From contig CAXXGO010000005.1 in assembly GCA_963666835.2 (NCBI GenBank), positions 160,001-224,000 on the forward strand: a stretch of DNA of 64,000 nucleotides. The letters run 5' to 3'. The notes below the pieces were generated by a model that searched no databases, was not told where the DNA came from, and saw only the letters and a program-made list of their open reading frames with translations. A program made the position numbers and the translations under genes. This document shows, piece after piece, positions 18,841 through 27,374 of the stretch. This stretch comes from Phycisphaerae bacterium. Lineage in GTDB: Bacteria; Planctomycetota; Phycisphaerae; UBA1845. Each line of letters opens with the position of its first letter. Positions within the stretch are counted from its first letter, which is position 1.

Positions 18841-19425
18841 TTATGCGCCCGGGGCGTCTTCGCATTCGAACTCCGCCATTTTGTTGCGTACTCGCCGTAG
18901 CATCCTGGCCTTGGCTTTGTAAACCTGATTGGGGTTCATGCCGAGTTCGTCACAGGCCTCGGTGACGGGGCGACCTTCAACGACCACGATCGAGAAGGCC
19001 TGGAAGGTCGCTCGAGAAACCTCGTTGCGAAGCTGTTCCACGCAGTGCTTGAGATGCTGGTTCTTCCACTCAATCTCCCAGACTTGCTCCGGGGATAGGT
19101 GGTCGTCTTGAATTTGACGCAGAGCGCCGGTGTTGGCCTGATGCTCGCGCCTCTTGCGGAACAGGTCTATGACGCGGCGATCGACCATCGTTCGTAGCCA
19201 GGCCTTGAATCCGCCCTTCGCTCGGTCGTAGTCAAAGGTCTGGATCTGCTGCACGATGGCCTTGTAGCACTCTGATCGAATATCGTCGGCGTCATCACGG
19301 TTCAAGCCGCGTTTGCGGGCGTATCGGTAGATGAGCGGCGCGTAGAGATCGTGAAACTCCGACCATGCTTCAGTGGAGTTGGCGTCCCTGATGCGGATGA
19401 GCAGACTGGCCCGTGTCGTGTTCAT
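18841..19425 (-). CDS. ECF RNA polymerase sigma factor (planctomycete-type)
   Basis: TTRASLLIRIRD...AWSEFHDLYAPLIYRYAR...FKAWL...VYKAKARML. Confidence 0.9.
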   Translation of the reverse strand: MNTTRASLLIRIRDANSTEAWSEFHDLYAPLIYRYARKRGLNRDDADDIRSECYKAIVQQIQTFDYDRAKGGFKAWLRTMVDRRVIDLFRKRREHQANTGALRQIQDDHLSPEQVWEIEWKNQHLKHCVEQLRNEVSRATFQAFSIVVVEGRPVTEACDELGMNPNQVYKAKARMLRRVRNKMAEFECEDAPGA

Positions 19426-19657
19426 AGGGCTGAATTCCTCGGCGACGTGCAGTCCGGATTCCTGGTAAGTTACGTTCCCGGTAGGGCGGATGGCCCGAGC
19501 GTTAACTCCGAATCGTCCTTAAGCTGAATCCCGCAGCACGGCAGCCCGTTTGCGCGGCCGACAGACATTTACGCGGCACTCCGGTTCTTCGGCCCACGGC
19601 AATAGACTCCATCACCTTGCGGGCATTCTATCGGTTTGCGGCTGGAACCGTCAATCA

Positions 19658-19806
19658 AATCGCCGCATCGGCCTGTTCTTTGCCCGCGAAACCGACCTTT
19701 ACTGTAACCGCGTCCGCTATTACGATCCGCTGTTGAACTGTATTCTGAAGGCGGATCCGAACGGGAAGGGGATGGTGCCGGTGGATGGACTGGCCATGAA
19801 TGGAGG
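19658..19806 (+). pseudogene. Degenerate Rhs repeat-associated core fragment
   Basis: NRRIGLFFARETDLYCNRVRYYDPLLNCILKADPNG resembles the Rhs core consensus G..D.ETGLYYNR.RYYDP.LGRFL..DP.G; no YD repeats upstream. Confidence 0.65.
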
Positions 19807-19842
19807 GACTCGGAGTCGGAATGAAGCGTCGGAGGCACGTAC

Positions 19843-20250
19843 ATGTCAGCACGAGATGTCGGACCACGTATTCGCTGTCCGTCATGTAGCTTCTCTCTTA
19901 CGGAGAAGGAGCAGGTCGCCCGCGTTTGCGACAATTGTGGCAGGGTATTGGATGAGGAGTATCTTCGGATCAGCCGAGAAGACCTGGGAAGAAAGGAGCT
20001 TCGTGAGAAGCGAGTGATTCTCCTGCAACATGCTGTCGGTGGGCTTGGTATGATTATGATTGTGCTGGGGGTAGCCGCGGTCATTGCGAACAGGTCAAAC
20101 TGGTCGTGGATGACGAGACGGGGCCTCGGTTTCATCGTCCTCACCGGGGTTGTTATTGCCTGGCGATGGCGTGAGCGTGAACCGATGTGGCCTGTTCTTC
20201 TTCTGCTCGGGATCTTCTGGCTTGTGATGGCGTTGTTGTGGGGATTCTGA
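19843..20250 (+). CDS. Small membrane protein with N-terminal CxxC...CxxC zinc ribbon and about 3 TM helices
   Basis: CPSC/CDNC followed by hydrophobic segments; GGAGG upstream. Confidence 0.6.
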   Translation: MSARDVGPRIRCPSCSFSLTEKEQVARVCDNCGRVLDEEYLRISREDLGRKELREKRVILLQHAVGGLGMIMIVLGVAAVIANRSNWSWMTRRGLGFIVLTGVVIAWRWREREPMWPVLLLLGIFWLVMALLWGF

Positions 20251-20429
20251 TGCGGTGGCACGACGGGGGGAAGAAGGAGGAGAGGGCCGGGATCTGTTTC
20301 GCGGCACGCGCCCGCCTTGTGTAGAACAACTTGCGTACAAACGTCGCAGGCTAAGACAGGGACAGAGGAGAATAGGAGAGAAAGACCTCCTTTTTGGGTC
20401 CCGACGATGCGAAAACCGCGCTACAAACG

Positions 20430-20804
20430 CTAACGAGTGCGTTTAGTATCTGTAAGCTGTACATACAAGGTCTCCAGTTCCCCGTCGCCAGTTAGCACGT
20501 ATGCGACGTGCATGTAGTGTGTCTTTCCGTTGCCGAGCGGGACCACCACTCGATAATCGCCCGGTCCTTCTTCCGTGATCAGACAATCCGTACGGGTCGA
20601 TGCTTCGAGGTACGGCTCCACTTCGATAAGAGACGCGGCGTAGCGCCCATTCTCGGCCTTATACGCCGCAACCGCGTCACGGATGATCCCGGTATGCCAA
20701 TGCCGGACATTGCTTTCAATGTCAGGCACCAGGATCCACGCAGCAACGCAAAGGAGCACGGCTGCGCAGGAGTGCATCGCAAGTCTCCGTCTTGGAGTTG
20801 TCAT
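20430..20804 (-). CDS. Hypothetical protein with N-terminal TM helix
   Basis: ATG overlaps the stop of the upstream ORF (ATGA); AAVLLCVAAWILVP hydrophobic stretch. Confidence 0.5.
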   Translation of the reverse strand: MTTPRRRLAMHSCAAVLLCVAAWILVPDIESNVRHWHTGIIRDAVAAYKAENGRYAASLIEVEPYLEASTRTDCLITEEGPGDYRVVVPLGNGKTHYMHVAYVLTGDGELETLYVQLTDTKRTR

Positions 20805-21205
20805 AGCTGTCTGCTTTCGGCATCGAAGGCCCCCTGATTCTGCTTCTCTTGCAAGCATACCGTCCGCCGGCGTAACCTCCGCTCGACGGGCAAGAGCAAG
20901 CAAGCCAGGATCCCCGACCCGAGCATGACGAGCAGCACGGGAAACTGCAAGCAGAATCGCCCATCATTCAACTCCAACCGAAAGCTGCTATCCACATTGT
21001 CCCAAGCAATACTCGACCCTTCACTAAGGCCTCCATAGAGCCGAAAGGCCATCCCGCTACATCCGACTTCCCAGCCTTCGGCCAGGTCGATGCTCCATCG
21101 TCCTCCCGTGGTCATGACGACAACAACGTGAAACAACAGCGCACCACTCACAATGGTCGCAAGCCACCTCATCCGGCGGACGAATCGTACACGCTTGAGC
21201 ACCAT
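20801..21205 (-). CDS. Hypothetical two-TM membrane protein
   Basis: ORF with two hydrophobic helices; purine-rich RBS; 12 bp downstream of the preceding gene. Confidence 0.5.
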   Translation of the reverse strand: MVLKRVRFVRRMRWLATIVSGALLFHVVVVMTTGGRWSIDLAEGWEVGCSGMAFRLYGGLSEGSSIAWDNVDSSFRLELNDGRFCLQFPVLLVMLGSGILACLLLPVERRLRRRTVCLQEKQNQGAFDAESRQL

Positions 21206-21217
21206 GCCGTCTCTCTC

Positions 21218-22234
21218 CTACGGTTTGTCAGGGGCCTTTTCAGTGGATGATTGCCGCTCCTTCTTCTCCTTTGCCCGGAAGAGCTGTTCGTCTATCTTGT
21301 AACGAAGTTCCGCAACCTCCTGTGACGAAACGTCGGTTTGCGGATAACGCGCGATCGCTGTTTCCAGCACCTCGCGGGCACGCTGTGCATCATCGAGGCG
21401 AGTCAGCGACTTCACCGCCTGGAACAGCAGATTGTCTGCCAGCGGAAACGACTCGTGCTCATTGGCGAACTTCAGGGCGCGTTCGACCGCCGGCGTCCCC
21501 TCTTCCACGTCCTTCGTTCTCATCGCATAGAACGTGTCCCAGTAATCGACCCACAGCGAGAAGACTGAGTTCGGGCATTCCTCCCTGATGTACCGGAGCT
21601 TCCGCCGCACCTCGTCCGGGTCGCCGCCGCACGCCCAGGTAGCATCCGGCCCGGGTGTGCGGGAGACACCCTGCGCGTAGTATGGCACCTTGGGCAGTAT
21701 TTCCAAGACGCGGGCATCCTCTCCTTGTGCCTCAGCCACCGTCAGCTCAAACGGCTCCGATTGGACCACCGGAGGACAACGCAGCGCCCCGTAGACCCGA
21801 TATCGCCCCGGTGGCAGGAAGTGCGGTCCATTGGTCACACCTTGCCCATCTCCGCCTGCGAGGCCCTGCAGACACATCACATGATCCGTCTCTAGGCGTG
21901 CCCCCGGAGGGAACGGAGCTCCTGGAGCTCGAGCGCCGTCACCAGCGAGAAGGCGCAAGGGTTTGAGAGTATGCTCCCGTCCTTGCGCGTCGACCGCATA
22001 GAGCGTGAACAGGTCATAGGCCTTCATGCTGCTCCCGCGCTTGAAGTACATATGCCGGGTTGCGTCGCCACGGTTCTCCAGAACGATCCGAAGAACAAGT
22101 GGGCCGCCTTGCACCACAGTGTTCTCATACGGGCGGACCGCGAGATTCAAACCTCCACTATCCCCGCCAATCGGCGGGGCACTCCACAGTGTTGCCGATA
22201 GCAGCGTAATCATTCCGTAACTTAACATCGCCAC
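21218..22234 (-). CDS. Secreted partner-family protein, paralog 5 (Ig-like + TPR-like); orphan without its own peptidase cassette
   Basis: Signal-like N-terminus; FLPPGRYRV and CPNSVF/YPQT motifs shared with the other four paralogs. Confidence 0.7.
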   Translation of the reverse strand: MAMLSYGMITLLSATLWSAPPIGGDSGGLNLAVRPYENTVVQGGPLVLRIVLENRGDATRHMYFKRGSSMKAYDLFTLYAVDAQGREHTLKPLRLLAGDGARAPGAPFPPGARLETDHVMCLQGLAGGDGQGVTNGPHFLPPGRYRVYGALRCPPVVQSEPFELTVAEAQGEDARVLEILPKVPYYAQGVSRTPGPDATWACGGDPDEVRRKLRYIREECPNSVFSLWVDYWDTFYAMRTKDVEEGTPAVERALKFANEHESFPLADNLLFQAVKSLTRLDDAQRAREVLETAIARYPQTDVSSQEVAELRYKIDEQLFRAKEKKERQSSTEKAPDKP

Positions 22235-22329
22235 GCGCCTGCCTTCCTACATCGCCGATGTTGATTCCTTACTCCTGCTGGGTCTCTCCGGCACTTAGCA
22301 TCTCCTGCGGACAATCCTGCAACACACCT

Positions 22330-22387
22330 CGCAAGATCCACCAGGCAGCACCGAACGGAATCACCCGCTCGGTGCCGCGGGGTGGCA
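22330..22387 (-). repeat. Cassette-junction hairpin element, copy C (diverged)
   Basis: GCACCGAACGGAATCACCCG..GTGCCGCGGGGTGGCA shared with 24996-25080 and 29032-29116. Confidence 0.85.
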
Positions 22388-22514
22388 TTGGATCAGCAAC
22401 CATGTCCAACAATAGCGGCGTACGTTCCTGCCGTATCCGAGCCGGCGGGCGAGGAAGTACCCGCTCGACGGCAGATCCCCTCAACAAATACTCCCGACCC
22501 ACTCCCCGCCTCGG

Positions 22515-23462
22515 TCATCCGCTGATACCCCACGTCTTCAGCGCGGAAGCAGCCCTTGGACCGTAGTCCAAGGAGTACGGAGACTGCTCGACTCGCTCCA
22601 GGAGGCCCTTCGCCTTTCGCCGAATGCTTGCCGCCTCGGAAGAGGGTTTGTCCTGCTGACGCTTCAGTAGGTCGAGCTCCACAAGGGCGAGCGTGTAAGC
22701 CGCATTGGCCTCGGATTGCGAACGGACCTCGCCGCCGCAGTACGGCTCGTAGTACCGCCGCGCTACCGCTACGCGCTCGCGTAGGAGGTCATCGATGTCC
22801 ACGCCGGGGCCGCCGCGCAGTGCCGCCAGCTTCACCGTACCGAGGAATACACTCAGGCGGGCGGTATAAGCGGTGTCTGGATGCCGCTGGAGCATCCGTT
22901 CCACCCGCGGAGCCAACTGCCTGGCTCGGTTGTCTGTCGGGTTGAGAATGCCAATCGCAAACTCGACGCCAAGTTCCCGAATCATCGCAAGCAGCTCCCG
23001 TTCATGATCCGTAGGCTGCTCAACGACAACGTCGACCTTTGCGCCTGGATACAGTTCCACACTATAGGCGCCTGGGGCTCCGAAGACGTATTGCCTATCC
23101 TCCGTATTCCAGTATAGCATTGCTACGACCTGGACCACGCTCGCGCCACTGTCTTCCCGCATGACGGATGATCTGTTCAAGGACGTCATGACTACCGGAT
23201 TGGCGTTGAAGCTCAAAAGGTACTCTCTCTCGTTTATCAGTATACGACTAAAGAGTTTTGTCAAAACGCTCTCCAACCCGACGTGATCCGAGTGGGATTC
23301 TATTTCCACATCCAGGACTACAAACGCGGGTTGACAGGGCTTAATGTGAACCGTCTGAGGGGATGATATGCGGACGGAACGGATCATGGACTCGCCATGA
23401 GCCACCGGTGACATCAGACAGTGTGTTACAATAATGTACGTTAGATACCGACTTCCTACCAT
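22515..23462 (-). CDS. Secreted partner-family protein, paralog 4 (cognate of cassette 23456-25006)
   Basis: Start overlaps the cassette stop (ATGGTAG); signal peptide ending VAHG; YVFGAPGAYSV and HPDTAY motifs. Confidence 0.72.
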   Translation of the reverse strand: MVGSRYLTYIIVTHCLMSPVAHGESMIRSVRISSPQTVHIKPCQPAFVVLDVEIESHSDHVGLESVLTKLFSRILINEREYLLSFNANPVVMTSLNRSSVMREDSGASVVQVVAMLYWNTEDRQYVFGAPGAYSVELYPGAKVDVVVEQPTDHERELLAMIRELGVEFAIGILNPTDNRARQLAPRVERMLQRHPDTAYTARLSVFLGTVKLAALRGGPGVDIDDLLRERVAVARRYYEPYCGGEVRSQSEANAAYTLALVELDLLKRQQDKPSSEAASIRRKAKGLLERVEQSPYSLDYGPRAASALKTWGISG

Positions 23463-25006
23463 TTCTCTACCTCCCGAAAACGCTTCAACGTTGGACTTGT
23501 GAATGTCGTATGCACCTCCTGCAGATTGGCGGACATCAAACCGCCTTCGGCATGATGCTCTGCTTCCGTACCGGTGTTGCCAGCCGAGTGTCCGATCTCA
23601 TGGGCCAACACTTGATCCTCGAAATAATCATACTGCGGCACATCGGCGATCGTGGCCCTAAAGACAATACTGTCCCAATCGCCAATACTCCCCATCCATC
23701 CGCTTTGCTCCGTCTCGTTATACTCGGCGCCAGGCCAGAATGGCCCGGAGGGATACGTAGAGTTGTCCACCAGCGGATCGGGGTCCATATCCCGGTGGCC
23801 AGCCGCAACAACATCGCCGCCCGCCTGATACCCTGCCATGACAAAGGTCGTCCAAAACTGATTGCTCGAAAAGCGATCTTCCCGGGAGTCATTCCACCCC
23901 CAACCACTCGTCATCTGAGTCCACGTAACATAGAGATCGAACGGTATAGTCCGAGTGAGATTGTATTGTTCATCGAGCTCGACGATGTCGACGTACGCCT
24001 GGGCGAACGCGTTGCGGATGAAATCGTCTACCGTGTAGAAGTGGGGCAGGAGTGGCTCGATGGGATCATCGTCCCTCTCCACCGCCCAATGGCCTACCAG
24101 GGCATTGATCTCAGCGGCTGTAAGAACAACGTCGATATCGACCGTCGAACGCGCGTTGTTCCACACGGAATACTCCAGGCCAAGGGCCTGAAAGATCAAT
24201 GATCCCCCTTCGTATTGATGTTCACTTGCCCCTTGTGAGAACACTCCAAGGTCCAGCGTAGTGGTTGTTGCATTAGCAGTTCCTCCCGTTACATACACGC
24301 CGAACCAGTCCGGCTCCCGCTCCATCGGGTCTGTCGGTTCGCTAGTCATCGAATCGAACTCCACATGCAGCTTCCGCCAGACGGTCAGCATCTCGCTCCA
24401 GACGAGTGGGACGCTGTAGAAGGAGCCGCCGTAGGGCCCTGGATAGAAGTCGGGCGGATCACCGTCGGGAAACGAGCTGAATTCATCCGCGTGGGTCTGA
24501 GTCACTTGGTCCTCGCCGATTGCATCCTCCAGGCACGAGGCCCCGGCACGGTAGTTGTTGCCCGGCTGCATGGATACCTCGATCGTCACCACGGCTCGCC
24601 GATTGTCATCGGTTTTCGCGGCGTACGTGCCCACGGCCGGGTCCGGTTGGCCCGACGGCATGCGATTATCCGGCCCCGACTCGTCGTTGTCGATAAGCTC
24701 GACCTCGCGGACGGTGTTGACTCCCTGTGGTCCGTAGATCTGATCGAACGGATCATCCACGTCCCAGACCCTGAAGTGTACACCAATCCCAGCCACAGGC
24801 GGATGAACCGTGGCCACGAGGTTCACCTTCCGCCTGTCCGCCGCGAAGTCACCGTCGCCCGGATTCGTCAACCCCGGAAAAATCCGGCGTCCGCCGTTGA
24901 TCGGGCATCCGTCCAACTCCGGATTACCCGCCGCGGCCACCTCCCACTCGAGCCGGGTGACTTCGAAGACGAGGATCTCGAAACCTGCCCACGGCCAAGA
25001 CCGCAC
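23456..25006 (-). CDS. Headless (orphan) C-terminal metallopeptidase cassette 2
   Basis: Homologous to the last ~490 aa of 31528-35166 (NGG.RIFPG, FRVWDVDDPF, QPGNNYRA, MLTVWRKLH); HEIGHSAG...HH...GGLM; no signal peptide or RBS, and an in-frame TAA just upstream of the GTG. Confidence 0.8.
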   Translation of the reverse strand: MRSWPWAGFEILVFEVTRLEWEVAAAGNPELDGCPINGGRRIFPGLTNPGDGDFAADRRKVNLVATVHPPVAGIGVHFRVWDVDDPFDQIYGPQGVNTVREVELIDNDESGPDNRMPSGQPDPAVGTYAAKTDDNRRAVVTIEVSMQPGNNYRAGASCLEDAIGEDQVTQTHADEFSSFPDGDPPDFYPGPYGGSFYSVPLVWSEMLTVWRKLHVEFDSMTSEPTDPMEREPDWFGVYVTGGTANATTTTLDLGVFSQGASEHQYEGGSLIFQALGLEYSVWNNARSTVDIDVVLTAAEINALVGHWAVERDDDPIEPLLPHFYTVDDFIRNAFAQAYVDIVELDEQYNLTRTIPFDLYVTWTQMTSGWGWNDSREDRFSSNQFWTTFVMAGYQAGGDVVAAGHRDMDPDPLVDNSTYPSGPFWPGAEYNETEQSGWMGSIGDWDSIVFRATIADVPQYDYFEDQVLAHEIGHSAGNTGTEAEHHAEGGLMSANLQEVHTTFTSPTLKRFREVEKW

Positions 25007-25080
25007 TGCCGCAAGTTATCGCAAACCACCCGCGGCACCGAACGGAATCACCCGCCCAGTGCCGCGGGGTGGCACTAATG
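24996..25080 (-). repeat. Cassette-junction hairpin element, copy A
   Basis: 85 bp with 2 mismatches to 29032-29116; folds into a 21-bp stem on the minus strand. Confidence 0.9.
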
Positions 25081-25986
25081 TAATGACTACGCCGGGCCGT
25101 CAAAACAACTCCCGATCCCGGTATTCGGCCCCTTTCTTCTTCGGTGCTTTTGTCTATATCTATGGACTTGACGCGCGGACCTTCTGACGCTCCGCATTCT
25201 CGAAGCGTTCCCTGACGACCGGGATCCCTTCGCGCGCCTCGTCAATGAGACCCTGAACGGTACCTTGTCCGGGAGCCGCGACCTTGGCCGCTGACAGCAA
25301 CCGCTGCGCCGCTTCGAAATCCAGAGCAATCATGCGCAAGTATCCGTGCTGATACAGCGCACGCGGTTTCAGATAATCATCCGCGTGCTCGGCAGCTAAC
25401 TCGAATGCTCGGAAAGCCCGTGCTGACTTGTCGCTCTGCATTATCAACTCGGCCCGGCGCGTTCCCTCTTCAAGGTCGTCTCGACGTTCTCCTTGCTTCC
25501 TCTCGTCCCGTAGCACATTCCTGGCATCGCCAAGGCATAACCCCGAATAACAACAGCCCGCAAAGTACGCGGCGTATGGCGCGTAACTGGATTCCGGAAA
25601 CTCCTGTGCCAAAGCCGCCAGAGAATCAGCCCAGCGCAACGCGGGTTCGAACCCGCCGCACTGCCCGACAATCGCGCCCGGCTCCCTCGCTCGTGTGGCC
25701 TCTAAGATCTCTCCGACCACCAGCAAGGCACGCCAGTCAGCACCGGCAGGACTTGCCGCCCAGGTTCGCCTTCTCTCATCGGGGAGGTTCGCGAGCGGAT
25801 CGCTCCCAAGCAAGTCTGCAAGGAAGTCCGACTCGCTAACACGTTCGATGAACGCTCGGTCCGGCTCACCGGCCGGCAGAACCGTAACGCTCCGCTCAAT
25901 TGTAAGAGGCTCGGTCTCATCGTCCTTGAATGCAACCTGCCAGCGCAGCCGGCATTCGCCCGGGTGTTCGAAAAGGAATCGCTCTT

Positions 25987-27028
25987 CCTGATTCTCTACT
26001 TGACTCCGGCGGCTAAGTACGGTATTTGTTAGGGCTTACGATTTCATGGTTCATGGAGGAGGTCGGCCATGTCTGACGAGATTCGCCCGAAGCATCCCGT
26101 GCCCAAGATCTTGGATGTAGCGTCGTTTATGCGTCGCTTCGGAGATGATGCGGCCTGTGCCGCGTATCTGCGTAAAGCTCGCTGGGGACCGAACCTGGAA
26201 CGGTTCGTCTGCCCGGACTGTGGGCATAGCCGCGGATGGTGGCTCCCGACCCGGGGGCTCGTCGAGTGCCGGGAGTGTCACCATCAGACCTCACCGACGG
26301 CCGGCACGGTGTTTCACGGTGCCCGCGTGCCGCTCTGGAAGTGGTTCTGGGCTATGTATCAAGAGGCTCACTCGAAGAAAGGCCTCGCGGCCACGGCGTT
26401 GGCCAAGCAGATCCAGGTCTGCTACCAGACTGCCTGGATGATGCTGCAGAAGCTCCGCGAGGCCATGCGTCAACGATGCCAACGTTATGTCCTGCAGGGA
26501 CTTGTGGAGGTCGACGAGACATACGTTGGCGGCCGGGAACCGGGTCGGCCGGGGCGTGGAGTGGAGAAGAAGGTCCCAGTGGGAGTGGCCGTCGAGCTTG
26601 ACGAGAACGACCGGCCTAAGCGAATCGCCATTCAGGGACTGAAAAGCGTCGACGCTCGAAGCCTGAGGGGTTTCACGACGAGACACGTAGCGAAGGGCTC
26701 ATGTCTCCGGACGGACGGATGGGGAAGTTACGTTTCAGTGGCCAAGGCCGGGTACGAGCACGAGGCAATCGTGACGGGCGGTGGGAAGAATGCGGTTCAA
26801 ATTTTCCCCTGGGTTCACACCTTCATCGGCAACCTGAAGCGGATGATTGTGGGCACATATCACAGCGTTTCGCCCAAACACCTCGACCGTTACCTGGCCG
26901 CGTTCACCTATCGGGCCAACCGTCGCTGGATGGAAGCAAAACTCTTCGATCGCCTTGTTATCGCGGCCGTAGCTGCCAAACCACTGACATTAAAGGAGTT
27001 AACCACCGGAGCGAGGTAGAGAATCAGG
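25987..27028 (+). mobile_element. IS1595-family insertion sequence, 1042 bp
   Basis: Imperfect ~30-bp TIRs (left CCTGATTCTCTACTTGACTCCGGCGGCTAA; right, reverse-complemented, CCTGATTCTCTACCTCGCTCCGGTGGTTAA); 8-bp direct repeat TCGCTCTT at 25979-25986 and 27029-27036. Confidence 0.95.
26069..27019 (+). CDS. IS1595-family (ISXO2-like) transposase, possibly ISSod11-type
   Basis: Zn ribbon CPDC/CREC, VEVDETYVGG, RTDG, WVHTFIGNLKR, YL..F.YR.NRR; GGAGGAGG RBS; stop codon lies inside the right TIR. Confidence 0.95.
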   Translation: MSDEIRPKHPVPKILDVASFMRRFGDDAACAAYLRKARWGPNLERFVCPDCGHSRGWWLPTRGLVECRECHHQTSPTAGTVFHGARVPLWKWFWAMYQEAHSKKGLAATALAKQIQVCYQTAWMMLQKLREAMRQRCQRYVLQGLVEVDETYVGGREPGRPGRGVEKKVPVGVAVELDENDRPKRIAIQGLKSVDARSLRGFTTRHVAKGSCLRTDGWGSYVSVAKAGYEHEAIVTGGGKNAVQIFPWVHTFIGNLKRMIVGTYHSVSPKHLDRYLAAFTYRANRRWMEAKLFDRLVIAAVAAKPLTLKELTTGAR

Positions 27029-27374
27029 TCGCTCTTTTCCTACACCCCAATGTGCCGCAAGCGGCGTCAAAACGATCGTCTTCTCCTCAGAGTACGCTAT
27101 TGATCCGAGAAACTCGCCCGTTCGGTCGGGATCGGTATCAGCGAATTCATACTTCTCCCCGTCGGTGCTTGTCCAAAGCGACACATTCCTGACTTCACCG
27201 CGGTTCGGGAAAGCCATCCTCTGTACGATACAGCTCTTCGAACCTACCGTATTCTCCACCTGTGCATTTGGCTCGGTGGCAGCGGCATTGTATGCCGGTG
27301 CAAACGTCAGAGAAACCACCACAGCCAAACACCGTACCGTAAGTTGTTTCGCGTGCATTATCATATCTCTCAGA

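Larger units (their letters stand above)
25160..27364 (-). pseudogene. Secreted partner-family protein, paralog 3, interrupted by IS1595
   Basis: Removing 25987-27028 and one TCGCTCTT copy joins ...HWGVGKER to FLFEHPGECRLRW...LLGSDPLANL in frame, giving about 384 aa; FPESSY motif. Confidence 0.88.

Noticed and set aside
22269..22502. 77-aa ORF spanning hairpin copy C
   Set aside because: The equivalent frame in copies A and B has a TAA stop; the conservation is better explained by nucleic-acid structure than by protein coding.
24996..25080. Integron attC site interpretation of the junction hairpin
   Set aside because: No RYYYAAC...GTTRRRY core ends on either strand and no integrase in the window; kept only as a generic hairpin element.
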